Shown here: positions 10,740 through 24,859 of the stretch, one piece after another | Numbering within the stretch: the first letter of the stretch is position 1 | How the letters are laid out: every line of letters starts with the position of its first letter | Assembly: GCA_964016885.1 (NCBI GenBank) | Contig: OZ024741.1 | Location: 389,050,001 to 389,114,000, forward strand | Length of the DNA stretch: 64,000 nucleotides | Direction of reading: 5' to 3' | DNA from: Eledone cirrhosa | Lineage: Eukaryota | Translations under genes and position numbers: made by a program | Notes under the pieces: generated by a model | Database searches by the model: none | The model's input: only the letters and a program-made list of their open reading frames with translations | What the model was told of the DNA's origin: nothing

Positions 10740-12265
10740 CGTTGTTATCATTTTAATGCCTGTTTTACTATACCAGCATGGGTTGCACATATCTACCAGA
10801 GTACTTTGATCATTGTCTTTCTGTAAGATATGACCTAAACACTTCTACCTACATTATTCTCAATCCTCCTCTCCTTTAGATGCCCACATCAGTACAGTCA
10901 CTGCACTTGAACACTTTAGTTGATGTTTTTATTGCCTAACAACTCTCTGAGCTCCCTCATAATCAGCTCTTCATAAATGTTAATACTAGATATTTTACAG
11001 ACCCAACTCGTTTCTCTTCAGTATCTACAGATCTTCAACATTTGCTGTCTCACTACTATGCAGCATTATACTTCTTAAGTATACTTTATACAATCTCTCA
11101 CTGAATGAACAAAATCTTTTGATGTTGCTAAGCTCCAAATCAGCTTAGTTCAAGCAGCTCTCTGGTATATAGGTGGTAACAGTTGGAACAACTCGGTAAC
11201 TGACCCACAAATTCAATGTTCAGTGTTTGGAGTGCTGTAGTGGTGTGATGATGAGCTCTTTAGTTGTATGCTTTTCAATTGTGATTCAAACTGTACTTGT
11301 CAAGTCTTTTTTCTGCCATAATATATCTAGGACAGTATTACTAATGGTGTAATGTTGTTTTTCAAGAGAGCAGAGTAGAGTGGGATTTAAGGGATTTGGG
11401 GCTGTTCCAGCAAGTTAAGCAAAGAGGACCAGGTTATCAACATAAGTTCTTAGGAGGATTAACCAATTTTAAACTCTTTTTGTTGCTTCAAATAATAAAT
11501 GAGGCTAAAGACAAGGACTTGGTGCACACCCACTTGTATGCTTAATTTCTCACTAATTTATACCAACTCTATTCTTGATAATAGCACCCTTGTATACAGC
11601 CTCCATTAGCCTCTTAAGCTATCCATCTACACTAGCTGTCTCACTAGAAACATGGCATCTGTGATTCCTTTCTTCCTTTCTCTAGCTCAGACTAAAACTG
11701 TATTTTATCCAGGTTTATATTCTTGAATTAGCTTTGCAAAAACTCTGAAAGACCTCTGTAATTTCTCTATTTATTGCATCTCTTTTGCTTTTTATCACTT
11801 GATAAGGTTATTGCTACACTAATCATTGGAGATAGCATCTTCTTGCACTACTTATTTAATTAAGGGAATAATTAACTTTTCACATACATAAAATTATTAC
11901 TTTCATCAACAATTATCACTAGAAGAGCTGCAACACTCCTTGCTTTCATTTTCTTAATAGCTTTATTAACCACACTGATGTACTTGGGGTAATCCTTCAC
12001 TGTCACACTCATACTTTTCATTCAACAATTTCTCATAGTAGCACTTTTATACCTCTTTTAATTGTCAGAGGAAGCAGTATGACATCTTGGTTCATAGAAA
12101 AATTATGCTTTCTACTTCCTTGGAACATTACATTCTACTCATTCTCACAGTGTAGCATATTAGCAAACCTCTCTTGTTTCTTGCTTGCTACTCCCCACCA
12201 TATCTGGCTGTGCCCTTCTCCATCCACAAAACTAATCAGTGGCTTACAACAGATTATCCCATAGA
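10740..12265 (-). mobile_element. Highly decayed RTE LINE remnant
   Basis: Patchy nucleotide similarity to the RT region and 3' end of 30934-33423. Confidence 0.5.
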
Positions 12266-12314
12266 AATGCTAGTATATAAGAATACTGATTAATTTACAT
12301 AACAAATATAGAAA

Positions 12315-13621
12315 TCTATATATAATATAAAAGTGATGTTTATTGGTTGGTTGGTTGAATCACACACCACACACATCTAAGGAGAGAGAGAGACATACAG
12401 AGGGAGAGATAGGCTGTTATATAGAGAGAGATACAATTAAAGTGTTAGATATTCAGAAAGAGAGTGACGTCCCACATAAGTCTAGAAATGACTTAAACTA
12501 TAAATCAAAGTATCACTTGAATGATTAACAATATTGTGTTAGCTTTTATAAAGTCATTTTACACCAGTATTTGATTTTACAGAACACAGAAAAAATTGAT
12601 ACTATTTGAAATTAATCTACGGTGTATATTAATTTAGCTTTTTGAGGATAGTGTCATGTTATTATTGACCTAATTCAGATGACAGTGTCAACCTATTCTC
12701 TAGGCTGCTATTTGCATTTATTTCTATTTTTTTAATATTGCTTTATATTTTTTTTTCTTCGATATTTTCACCAAAACACCGCTCATCTATCAGGAGAGTT
12801 ACAATGTCCACCAAGCAGTTGAAATCTTCAAGCAAAAGAGAAACTCACAGACAATATAAAAAAAGACTTGGGAATAAAGTCAACATTGTGACATTCAACA
12901 GAATATGAGATGGGAAACAGAAAGGTTAAGACAACACGAAAGACAATCGCATCTTTCTGAAAGTGTACAGAACCTGAGACTGGAAACAGAAAGATTAAAG
13001 AAACAAGAAAGACTATCGCAACATGAAATTCACCAAAGGCAATGAGAGTTGCGATGCAAGCTCGACGAGCACAATGGAGTATTCAAGGCAGAATAAACTG
13101 GCTAAGAGCTGCGTTTTCATATGATCTATCAAAGAATTATAGAAATGATCCTAAAGTCGCAATTGGAAGCATGGATATTACACTTGGCATGTGTTGCTTA
13201 GGAGGGAAGGTCAGACTTCCACTGATAGAAGACCCGCCAGCTTTTATCCATATACTGCTTACAAACCGTACTAACAAAACTAAACATTTCAGAAGCAATG
13301 TTATGCAGTATAATGCTGCGTTTCAGATGACGTCTATTGGCGCTGAGAAAGATCATACTGACTATGGTTATTTCACAACATTTAAAATCCAAGGTCAATG
13401 CTACCATTTAATCGGCAGTTTACTCACCCAGCCTAATAAGGAAGTTTTATGATTGTTTTTTTCTCTCTCTCTCTCTGTCTCTCTCTCTCTCTCTCTCACA
13501 CAAATACACACACACATTACGGTCTCACCTTATACCAGACAGCACATCCAATACAGTCATTTTCTCTTTTATCTGCCTTCTTTTAACTATTCTCCTGGGT
13601 GAAGCCAGGTAACTCAGCTAG
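12315..13621 (+). mobile_element. Non-autonomous Helitron with both termini
   Basis: 5' A|TCTATATATAATATAAAAG; 3' hairpin cctgg-gtgaag-ccagg (13594-13609) then CTAG|T; internal RepHel fragment. Confidence 0.85.
13042..13452 (+). pseudogene. Helitron Rep/helicase N-terminal fragment
   Basis: IGSMD..., CCLGGKVRLP, FRSNVMQYNAAFQMTSIG and FKIQGQCYHLIGSLL are typical Helitron RepHel motifs. Confidence 0.88.
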
Positions 13622-13725
13622 TGTTATATAAGTTCCACAAACCTGGTTTTTGTTGAAAACATTCAATGGATATTAAATAGATTGAATGTATTCTTGAATG
13701 AAAACAAGTTTCAGGATTTACCTTT

Positions 13726-14200
13726 TTAACCCTTTCCTATTTCTAATGAAAGACACTACCTATAAATATTAAATCATTTGGAAGGATTTAGTTACATAAC
13801 TAACATTCTCATGGCCCTTTATGTTCTGAGTTCAAATCCTGCCGAGGTTTACTTTGCCTTTCATCCTTACAGGGTCGATAAAATAAAGCACCAGTAATAC
13901 ACTGGGGGTAATTGCTGGCTTTGTGCCAAAAGTAGAAACAGTAGAAGCTGGTGTTTGGAACTTAACTTAGTTTTTTTACATAAAATTATAATTGTTTCTA
14001 CTTTTGGCACAAGGCCAGCAATTACTCAGTGCATTACTGGTACTTTATTTTATCGACCCCGTAAGGATGAAAGGCAAAGTTTAACCTCGGCAGGATTTGA
14101 ACTCAGAAAGTTTTTAGGTAAATACAAACACTTAAAAATAAACAGCCTTATATGGTAGAATTGGAAGTGGTTTCAAGTGGTTTGGTATCAAAAGAGTTGA
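13726..14200. mobile_element. TTAA-type MITE (family M) interrupted by two inverted family 1 SINE fragments (13815-13940 +, 13988-14107 -)
   Basis: ttaaccctttc start, ggaaggatttagt...taac core and gtttggtatcaaaagagttga end; SINE bodies in opposite orientation inside. Confidence 0.7.
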
Positions 14201-15109
14201 GCTTATGAATTTAGTTCCAGTGCTTCGACTACAACCTTTTAAACTGGATGTTTAAAAAGTAAATAAAAACAAGGGGGAAATGAGAAATAATAAGGAAATA
14301 AATGTATAGAAAATATTTTTGCACATATATTCTTACAACTTCAATATGGATATTTTTTTAATTAATTATCAATTGGAAATTTAATGTAAAACAGTTGAAT
14401 TATTTTGGAAATATAAAATCTCTAAAATCCATGATGTAAGGTCTGTTTTTTTTTTATAATTTTGTTTTTAATTCAGTTTACTACATCATCTGTTCCTCTT
14501 TATATAGCAAAGAAAAATGTTAATGTTGCATAAGTATAACTTTTCAGATATGAATAAAATCAATGCTGGCTTGTTTCTGTTAACAAATCAAAATCCTTTA
14601 CTCCATATACTCTATCTCAACTAAAATCTAGAAAAAAAAGACTGATATTTGGTTTTTATAGCCTACACATGTAAATGTTAGCTGCATGAGCACAATTACT
14701 ATACCTATATATTTCCATTGTTTTCCTATTAATGACTTAAAGAAATTTATGCATAATGTGATCTGATAAACATTTTAAAGTCTTTTTGTTTTTTCAAGCA
14801 CATATTTTCTCATTTATATGGTGGTTTAACATTTAGTACAAACAGCTCATTCTAGCAAAAAGATGAATAAATAAATACACCTTTCAATCTAAATCTATAA
14901 AATTGTATATTAAATATCTTTTCAATTACATATGTAATATTTATATTATTTAATCTCTTCTGTGCTGTTAATATTCATCCTTATCAGATCATTACATAAG
15001 TAATATACATTTTACATTCTATTTAAATATTAAAAAAACAAAGAATCATTTTTTTATAAATTTAGTAGATACCTTCTATTGCTTTTAATCAATAAGTAAT
15101 TATACATTC

Positions 15110-15329
15110 CAAAATCCAGGGCCTTCTCACTCCTGTTGGAGGAATCCCTCTCTGGTTGACCTCCACTGCTTCCTATCTCTGGCCATATTGGGTATCGGGT
15201 CAGATTATCACTGGTTCTTCTCCAATACCTTGGTGTCCATTCTGTTGCTTTAATAGTCCACCTGTTGTCTCTGAGACAAGGGATGTGGCCAGCCCATCTA
15301 TGTTTGCTCTTCTTGATGATCTCAATAAT
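15110..15329 (-). mobile_element. 3' fragment of another RTE-like LINE
   Basis: IEIIKKSKHRWAGHI..LRDNRWTIKATEWTPR is a typical RTE ORF2 C-terminus. Confidence 0.8.
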
Positions 15330-15518
15330 TGTTTCTACTTTAGGTACAAGGCCAGCAATTACCCAGTGCATTACTGGTACTTTATTTTATCGACCCCATA
15401 AGGATGAAAGGCAAAGTGAACCTTGGCGGGATTTAAACTCAGACCGTAAAGGGACGTAACTATGCTGGAAAGCATGGCGTCCGACTCTCTACCGATACTG
15501 CCAATCCACCGCCCTCAA
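15330..15518 (-). mobile_element. Full-length family 1 SINE with 16-bp TSD
   Basis: tgatgatctcaataat at 15314-15329 and 15519-15534. Confidence 0.92.
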
Positions 15519-15824
15519 TGATGATCTCAATAATCTCCTACAGTCTAGTTAGTCATTAGATTACCTATAACAGAAGTGCACTTCTGTTATAGATAATCTA
15601 ATGTCTAACTAAAGCTGGCACATTGAACAAATATAATGGCACAAGCCATTCACAGGAGATATTCTTTTGTTAGTGATTTTATAAAAAGAAAAAAAAACAA
15701 AAACAGAAATCAAGACCCATTAATTTCTCAGTCTATCACCATATGAGTAGATGCATGGGCTCAGTGATACATTGATTAAAAACAAGATGTTTGTTAATAA
15801 CAAGTGCACATCTTATATGTTATT

Positions 15825-16165
15825 TATTTAAGACCCCACTCGGTCAAGAATGACCATGGTTTTGTACCTAGAAAGTTTCCCTCCGAGGCACAAGCCTGGG
15901 TATGGTTTGTTTTGTGGAAGACCAGTAGTCGCCCATGCATACCAGCCTCCCCTCCACACCACCGATGTTGTCCAAGGGAAAGGCAATGACTGATACAGCT
16001 TGGCACCAGTGACGTCACAACTCATTTCTACAGTAGAGTAATCTGGAGCAACGGGAAATAAAGTGTCTTGCTCAAGAACACAACGCATCACCCGGTCCAA
16101 GAATCGAACTCACAACCTCTCAATTACAAGCCCAATGCTCTAACCACTAGGCCATATGCTTTCAC
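15825..16165 (-). mobile_element. tRNA-derived SINE family 2 (V-domain-like body)
   Basis: Minus strand tggcctagtggttagagc (A box), gagttcgattc (B box), then tgtgttcttgagcaagacactt. Confidence 0.85.
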
Positions 16166-16324
16166 ATCTTGTATGTGCTTCTTTGATTTCTGATTTTAAT
16201 GGTGTTGCTTGTGATTAACAATATCTCATCAAATGTTCTGAACAGAATTCTTTAACTCTTAACATCCTCTTGTGATTTTGTAGAAAATATATAAATATAA
16301 GTTTGTTGGACAACACTGTAATAG

Positions 16325-16795
16325 AAGACCAGGTGTGTTTAATGTGGTTGCAATACTAATAGTGGAGCATGTGTGTTTAATCTGGTACCAATACAAATAG
16401 TAGAGCAGGTGTGTTTAATGTAGTACCAATACAAATAGTAGAGCAGGTGTGTTTAATCTGGTACCAATACAAATAGTAGAGCAGGTGTGTTTAATGTAGT
16501 ACCAATACAAATAGTAGAGCAGGTGTGTTTAATCTGGTACCAATACAAATAGTAGAGCAGGTGTGTTTAATCTGGTACCAATACAAATAGTAGAGCAGGT
16601 GTGTTTAATGTAGTACCAATACAAATAGTAGAGCAGGTGTGTTTAATGTGGTAGCAATACTAATAGTAGAGCAGGTGTGTTTAATGTGGTAGCAATACAA
16701 ATAGTGGGGCAGGTGTGTTTAATGTGGTACCAACACAAATAGTGAAGCAGGTGCATTTAATGCAGTGCCAACACTAATAAAGAAGCAGGTATATT
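16325..16795. repeat. 38-bp minisatellite, ~12 copies
   Basis: Unit gagcaggtgtgtttaatctggtaccaatacaaatagta; starts at 16441 and 16479 give period 38. Confidence 0.95.
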
Positions 16796-17345
16796 TATAC
16801 CTTGATGCATACACCAACTCGTCAAATGATGTAAACAACAGGATAGCACAAGCATGGTCTGCTGTGAACTCACTAGATAAGGTGTGGAAATCTAACATAA
16901 CCACAAGAACAAAAGTTAGATTATTCAAAGCAACAATGGAATCAATCTTACTGTATTCCTGTGAATCATGGTTGGTAACAATACCTATCACCAAAGCTTT
17001 AGATGATGTTACACCCAACTGCTAAGAAGGATAAAAAACATCAAACCTCTCAACTGTATTGCAAACAAAATTCTCTCTGGCCACCCCCCACCCATTAACC
17101 ATACTGTCCGTATCAAGCGTGTTCAACTTGCAGGTCATGTCATGAGAGGCAACAAACCTGCTACAAAACTTTTACTATGGGAGCCCACTAATGTGAAACG
17201 CAAATGTGTAATACCTTTCAATACATTAAAGAGAGTCATTAAGGAAGATACAGAAGTGTCTGGGGAAGAACTGAGACAGTTAATTTTGGACCGTGTGAGA
17301 TAGAAAGGTTTTATCATACCACCACAAAGAAGTGGATGAATTTAG
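16796..17345 (+). mobile_element. 3' fragment of an RTE-like LINE (further family)
   Basis: DVNNRIAQAWSAVNSLDKVWKSNITTRTKVRLFKATMESILLYSCESW; later QLAGHVMR. Confidence 0.8.
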
Positions 17346-19994
17346 TAGTTAGCAGTAGCAGGTGTGTTTATTGTGCTTACTAATAGTGGAGAAACTATCT
17401 TAGCTGTGTTTGTTTATTACAAAGACATAGACAACCAAGACCCAGTAGTTAGCATTTTGTTGCAGTTTATTGTCTTTACTACTGGTGGTGAGGGGTACTG
17501 TGATTGTGTACATATAGTAATGTTCAGGAATATTCTAGATTTCATTCTGAAAGCCTAGAACACTCTTCCTTACACATACACACATACCAGATATATATTG
17601 GATTTTTAAAAAAATACTGTTTTACATTCTTCAGTACACTACAACAGATGTGATACATCAACACAAGTGTTTTAAGGCCAGTTTGATATGTATGGATCTA
17701 TGACAAGCTTCTCCATCTTGTTCTATCATCTGTATACTCCCTTCTCAACACATGGTTTTCCTTTCTTCCTCCATGTTTTTCTTGGTCTTCCTCTTCTTCT
17801 TTCCACATTCATTCCCATCACTCTCTCACCCTTATTCTATTTCTCATCACAATATTCACTATTGGTTCTATTCCCATCATCCTCTGTAATTCATTGTTTT
17901 TCTTCCTCTCTCTCTCTCTGAACATTACTCTGCTCTTTCACTAAACTATTCTTATCTTCGTTCTTTCCACCTTTCTCTGCTGCTCCATGTTTATCACCTA
18001 TGTCTTGCTCACTTCTCACACATGCAGCATACCATGTGCGTCTTGCTCTAGCTACTGTCACTGAGTTTCATCTACCGTCTCCATTAACTATGCCACCTAC
18101 GTAACAAAATATTTTTGAACCTTCTATCTTAACACAATTCTGTGTTAACAAGTTTAGAATAGGTGCTCCATATCTCTGTGTTCTGTAAGAAGTAGTTTAA
18201 ATGATTGGCAACAGAATGGGCATCCAGTCATAAAACATTGCCTCAGAAAGGATCCCATGATGAGTATGACTACAACAAATGATATAGGCTCTAGCAAATT
18301 CAAATATTAGCATATAGCAAGAATATTTATAGTTGAATGCTCATCCTATTGCTAATGCTAACTACTCAACCATGATATAGAAATAGTAACTATTATTAAC
18401 GAATTAGGCTTAAGCTAAATAAAGAAATTTGCTTTGCCTCAGAGGAAATTACTTTAAAATATTTACTTATAATGTTGAAAAATATTTTCTCAAATGTCTA
18501 AACATGCACATTTTCTGATTGCATATTTGGCTAAATTTAGCTGGGAATAATGTGTTTCCATTCTATACTAATATGAATAAGTAAAAAATTATAAATATAT
18601 ATATATATATAATTTTGGATTTAAAAGTATATTGAAGCACTGAAAGATCAAAGTAAACTGCTCAGACATAAGCTTGAACAGATGTAAGCTAATTGTTATC
18701 TGAATCTTTTTGAATATTTTTCCTCTAAATTCTCTTAATGAAATATATTTATTGCCTGAAGGTACATTTTCCAGTTCAAGCTTCTGAAATATTATAATTT
18801 ATTATATATGTACAATATTTTCTTCCTTTTTTTTTTTTTTTATTCTTCCTCCAAAAGATTCTTGCAAATAAATAAGAAATATTTACAAATAGATCTTTCC
18901 TAAACATTGTTAGACTAAGTTTAGATTGATTGCTCTTTCCTTTTATTTTATTTATCCTAATATTTGATAGAATATTTCACAAATATGTTATACATATTTT
19001 TGGATATTGTATTTTTTTTTAAACCTGCCATATTTAGTATGTTTTTCAATGAGAAAAATAAGTAAAAAATGTATTTCAAATAAAAATTGTTTTAATGAAA
19101 GTATCTTTAATGGACTTGAATAATATCATCACTATGATCATCTTCCATTAGGAATGTCACTACATTAATATTATTATATATATATATATCAATTTTGAGA
19201 CAGCCAGAGGTAGATAGGAAGAAATTTTACTGCACTGTAGATAATTTTTCTGTATTGAATTTGATCATTTTGAAGTTTTTGGTAAATATCACATCTAGTT
19301 TGAAAATTGTAAAAGGAAATAAGAATTATCATTGTAAAAACATTCTTTTCTCTTTAGAATTTCTTCTCACAGATCATAATGAACTAATAAAATGTTTGAA
19401 ATATAATTTCTTTTTTATATACAAAAATATTTAAGATATTCACAAATCTAAGATTTAACTTTAGACTAGAACAAATATATCTTATATTTTATGTCTGATG
19501 CCAAAACAAAAATCTATGATGCTATCATACTTTTTTGTTTTTATTCTTTGCTTATTTTATAAAAGTAGAATTTATTTATCTTTTATGATCAATCACACTA
19601 TGTGGTTGTGATTACAAATTGGAAATGTCTCAACTTAGTATAACTCTACTAACATAATATCAATATATTTACATTCCTCAGTCTTTTCATATGCTTTTCA
19701 TACTTTGTATAGATGTATATAGTGTCATATTTGGTGGTTTTAGAAAATTTTCAATGAATATACAAATATTTTCATGTACAAAAGGTACAGCACTATTAAA
19801 TGGTGTTCCTTGAAGCAGTCATAATTCTAGGAAAGTTAATTTAGTGTATTGGTTCATTTAAAAATAAAATAAGTTACAATACTAATATATGAAAAATCTT
19901 CAACTAGCTTCAGATTTGATGGCATTGAATAAGTGGGGGTGGGATTTCTATAAAATTTTACTGAATTGATTTAATAGCAATATAGTAATGTACA

Positions 19995-20245
19995 AGGTGT
20001 GTGGCTTAGTAGTTAAAACATCAGATTCACAATCGGAAGGTTGCGAGTTCAATTCCTGGACCAGGTGTCTTTCAACAAGACACTTTATTTCTTTATTTCA
20101 TGTTGCTCCACTTTACTCGGCTGTAGAAATGAGTTGCAATGTCACTGGTACCAAGCTATATTGGCCATTGCCTTTCCCTTGGACAACAGAATTGTACCTC
20201 AGAAGGGAAACTTTCTAGGTGCAAATTCCATGGTCATTTGTACTC
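19995..20245 (+). mobile_element. SINE family 2 copy with internal deletion
   Basis: tggcttagtagtta (A box), gagttcaattcc (B box); body matches the reverse complement of 15825-16165. Confidence 0.82.
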
Positions 20246-21404
20246 CTTACCCTTTACTCAGTAATCTACAATGAGTGTTGTAGTCTTATGATTCAGTGTT
20301 GGCCTAACTACAGTTTTGTGCCCTCCTAACTTGGTTTCCTTAATGTTCTTATAATGATTTAGCAGAAAATATCTAAAAACTGGTTTGTTAATGTAAATGT
20401 CTATAGTATCTATACTACAGGACAGATCATTGTGAAAATGTGCACCTTTAGACTAAAGGCTTCAATTTTTAATGTGATACAGTCGTAGTGCTGCTTTATA
20501 CTTTTCAAGAATGTCTAGCTAATGCGATTTCTTGCTGTGCAGGACATTAAAAGTTGATGAAATTTTGCAAAGATATGTTTTTGTAGGTGTAGATTACGAT
20601 TTTGGTGATGAAATTATTGTTTTTTTTTGTGTGTTTTTTTTCACAATCCATAGTTGTAGAAGTTACATGTTCCTGTAGAATACCTGCAACAGTATTTTGG
20701 TTGGTATCAATGAAACCATTTCTGAGTTTAGGTTTAACATACTACTAACACAAATTGAAAGTATAAACTGTAGTTATGTCTTAACGTTCTTTAACACCAA
20801 GTATACTTTGTAGCTAAGGTGGAAGATAGAAACAGTAAGATAGGAAGGAATATTCAGTGTAAAAAAAAGAACAGTTGCTAACATATACATAAGTTCCCTA
20901 CAGATACATTTTAGGGATAATTGTAATTTTTCAAATTAAACATTAATTTTTAGCTATAGATGTATATTTTACATGCATACTCCCCCCCCCCCCCCTCTCT
21001 CTCTCTCTCTCAATAGAATAAGAATGTAATAATTAAAAATAATTGCATGAAGGGGGAAAAGAAAGATAGGAAGGGGAAATAATGATTTTCCATACAAATT
21101 GTTAGTGACGCAGTGACTTTATTTGTGATTTTGCTTAAGGTGAGTTCAGCAAATGTAACGGATCATAGTAAAATAATTGAAGACTTAGCAAATTGATCTC
21201 TTGAAGTCAGTTAATTACAAGGTGGAGGTCCCATCCCCATCACTATTATATTTGTTTCTTCTTGTGTCATAAACGTGTGTTTTGTCTTTTGAATTTGACC
21301 TTAATTAATTACATATACTACTGAAGTCTGGCTGGAAGCAACAGCTTCTTCTTGTATCTGCTGAATTTTATCATAGCTATGCTTCTCTCCTTCTTTTCTA
21401 GCTA

Positions 21405-21845
21405 CTTACACATACATTATCGACACATACATATATACTTGCATATTATATACAGTATACACATACATACACACATTTTAGATATACACATATGTACATG
21501 CATATTATATACAACATGCATATACACACATTATAGACATACACATATGTACATACACATATACATCCAAACATAATTATTTATATACAGATACATACAT
21601 ACACATATGTGTGTATATAAACCTCAACAAAAATGAAAACAGGATTATCAGAATATTTTTTATTAAAGAACAGTTTGAACTATCACACACACACACTATA
21701 GACTCAAACATATATACATACAAACACATACACATACAGACATGCACATTATGCGTATATATAAACCTCAACAAAAATGAAAACAAGATTATCAGAATAT
21801 TTAAATTAAAGAACAGTTTGAACTATTACACACATACACACACTT
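21405..21845. repeat. CA/TA-rich low-complexity tract with a ~145-bp tandem duplication
   Basis: tatataaacctcaacaaaaatgaaaaca.gattatcagaatattt occurs at ~21613 and ~21758. Confidence 0.85.
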
Positions 21846-22000
21846 CCTTGTGGTTGAATCACATGTAAATGCCAGCTGCCAATTGAGCTCTCCTCCACCA
21901 CCCCTCAATGCTGGTAGGATGGAAGCTAGATTGGAAGGTTGTTTGTTGATGTAATTCATGTGACACACACACACACAAAGTGGTTTGTCCCTCACTGTAA

Positions 22001-22183
22001 TTTAATTGTTTCTACCTTTGGCACAAGGCCAGCAATTACCCAGTACATTACTGGTACTTTATTTTATCGACCTCTGTAAGGATGAAAGACAAAGTTAACC
22101 TCGACGGGATTTGAACTCAGACTGGAAAGGGCCGTAACTCTATGCTGGAAAGCATGACGTCTGACCCTCTACCGATACTGCCA
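22001..22183 (-). mobile_element. Family 1 SINE
   Basis: Matches the family consensus. Confidence 0.9.
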
Positions 22184-22186
22184 AAA

Positions 22187-22487
22187 TGTTGTTTAATCCT
22201 AGTCGCCTGATCAGCAACCCTCTGATGATTAACATTCCAACTGTGACCATTTTGATATTTTTAATATCCTGAATTCTCATCCATCTTTCCCTGTAAGTAA
22301 GATGTCCTCTATATGGTCACTCGATATCCAAATCTCCATCAATTATCACCCTGCTATCTCAAATGGAAGGGCACATTAAATAATGTAGTCCTAGATACCC
22401 TTAGATAGTTATGGTGGTCACAGTTGTAATGTTTTTGATCATAGGTCAGTTGAATCAGCCCTGACCTGGGGCCTAAACAACAACAAT
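22187..22487. mobile_element. Short element with imperfect long inverted ends (MITE-like, or two inverted repeat tails)
   Basis: tgttgtttaatcc...aacattccaactgtgacc versus ggtcacagttgtaatgtt...cctaaacaacaaca; related copy near 33760-33900. Confidence 0.55.
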
Positions 22488-24311
22488 GTAGCTATAGTAT
22501 GGCATATTCGTATTTCCCTCCAATATGTCACATCCCACGAGGCACAATATTCTCAGATTTCATTTCATCTGATCATACCACTATATCTCACCCTATATCT
22601 TCCTTGGTCTCTATTGCTCACCTTCCACTGTCAATGCTACAATTTCCACCCTGTATGTTTCATCCACATGTACCACATGTTCATATAAGCCACGGTCACT
22701 ACTTCTCCTACATTTATATAATTTGATGCTTTTAATATTATCCAGATACATTAATGTTTTCTTTGCTCACTTGTGGAAACAAATGCTACTATTGACCACA
22801 TTTATTCCACTCTTTTGAATAAAAGTTCAGTTATATTCTGTTTGATGTTTAAACTCCCAATTTTTCTAACTGTACCATAGTTAATGTGTTTGGTATTTCT
22901 GTCAAATAATGTGGTGAAGGAAATGGCAATTTCAAATGTTTTCTATTAGATAACCCTTTCAAAAGATATATATAATTACGCATGACTGTGATAGTGTTGC
23001 TGAATTACATAAATGCATGAATACACTAGCAAAATATATAGCCTTATTTCAGCCTATTTATTCTTCTTTTGAAGTTTCTGAAATGTTTGTTAAACAATTG
23101 ACAAGCTTCTCCTGTTTCAATTTGCCTGCTTTTACTCATGACTTCTGATAATTTTATTAAGTCTAAAGAGAAAAATCTTTACAAATGATCTTTTATTGCT
23201 ATCATTTAAGTTAATAAAAATGCTAATTCATAATTGCTTTTGAATATTCTTAACATTTATTTCTAGTTAGCTTCCATGTTATGCAAATGTAATTAAGACT
23301 AGAGATTTGGTTTTCAAATTATTTGAAGCACATTCAATATAATTTATATCGGTTATTAAATTTCCAATGAAAAAAAGCCTTTTCAGTGAAGAAATCAGGG
23401 CAGGTTTTGTGAATGTATTTTTTTTTTTTTCAAGGGAGTAGTTTATATTTAGCTTAGAAGTTTTTTATAAAATGAGTCTTCCAGTTTTTAAAAATAAATG
23501 CATTGTTGTTTTTTACTTCTGTGATTTGCTGGCTTGTATTTTGTCTTACATATTATTTTATTAGTATGGCTTCATTGAATTTAAGGGCCTTTTGTGTGAC
23601 ATTAGCTATTCAATTCACATCTTTTCTTACATCTAACACACTCACTTCTTTTCTCTCTCCCATTACATTTTTTATATCGTTCCCTCCATCTTCTCCCTCT
23701 AGTTGAAACTAGAAATGTTCAAACTTTCTCCAAAATTATGTTGTAGAGACCTTTTTGTAAAAGGCCATTAAGGTATTACAATTGTTAAAATAAGAAATAA
23801 TTGAAAAAAAAAAAACACTACATTTTGAATAGTTTTCCAAGAAGGTCATGTTTTCTATTAGAATTTCTTCTCATTTTGCAACTTAAAGTGTTCCCTGGAT
23901 GAAAAGAATTTATTCCAAACCCACACATATTTGAAATGCCAGTTTCTTGTTTTTACTTTTTTTTTTTGTTTTACTAGTATTTCTAGGTGATTTCATTTTA
24001 TTTTATCTTATTTATTTATTCATTTATTGAGAATTCCCAGTGTTAATAATTAACTTTGCTAATAAGTTAGGCTCAAACATTGTTCTATAATGAGGTTTTT
24101 TTTAGTAGTAGTGTTGTTATTAATGATGGTGGTGGTGGTAGTAGTAGTAATTTAACTGAAAAAACTCAATATAATGGTGGGTTTAGGGGTTACCTTGTAC
24201 CACATTCTTGGTAAATTACTCTTTTTGTTCCCTTCAAATTTCCCTGAACTGACAATTTTCTTAAGACATTGTTAGTGAAAGATGTCAGCTGTCTTAACCA
24301 AATGAGTCACA

Positions 24312-24768
24312 TTAACCCTTTCACTACTATATTTCTAAATAAAAAAAAAACACTGCTTATAAATTGCAAGTAATGTTGAAAATAATCAAAAATTTGGAAG
24401 GATTTACTTATATAATGATGCATTATGCCCTTGGGCAAGACACTTTGTCTCATGTTGCTCTTTCTGCCAGGAATTGGGACTGGTAGATAGTATCAGCAAT
24501 GGAAAGACCATTGGAAACATTGTTTCCTTTGTCCGATTTGACAGGTTCCACCCTGCTTGATATGCGAATGAGGTTTTGGAACTTGTTGATCATTCCTTAA
24601 TAACTTATATAACTAACTTTCTCATTATTAAGCTGATGCTTGAAACATAAGTTTACAAAGATTCTTACATAAAATTATGATGGGAGGATTTTAAATAGAT
24701 ATGAACACTTTATGACCTATCATTGAACTAAGGGCTGGCTTCAAGCAGTTTAGTATGAAAAGGGTTTA
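24312..24768. mobile_element. TTAA-type MITE family M with a nested truncated SINE-like insert (24416-24602)
   Basis: ttaaccctttca...tgaaaagggttta termini; insert flanked by acttatataa at 24406-24415 and 24603-24612. Confidence 0.75.
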
Positions 24769-24859
24769 TAACAAAGATTTAAACTTCCTCTAAAATGTTA
24801 TTTCAATATTGGTTTCTTCACACTCAGAAAACATCTGAATGTTGCCCATGTGTCTATGG

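Noticed and set aside
16090-16165. tRNA gene candidates (also 19995-20065 and the family 1 heads)
   Set aside because: A and B boxes are present but there is no complete cloverleaf, and they continue into SINE bodies.
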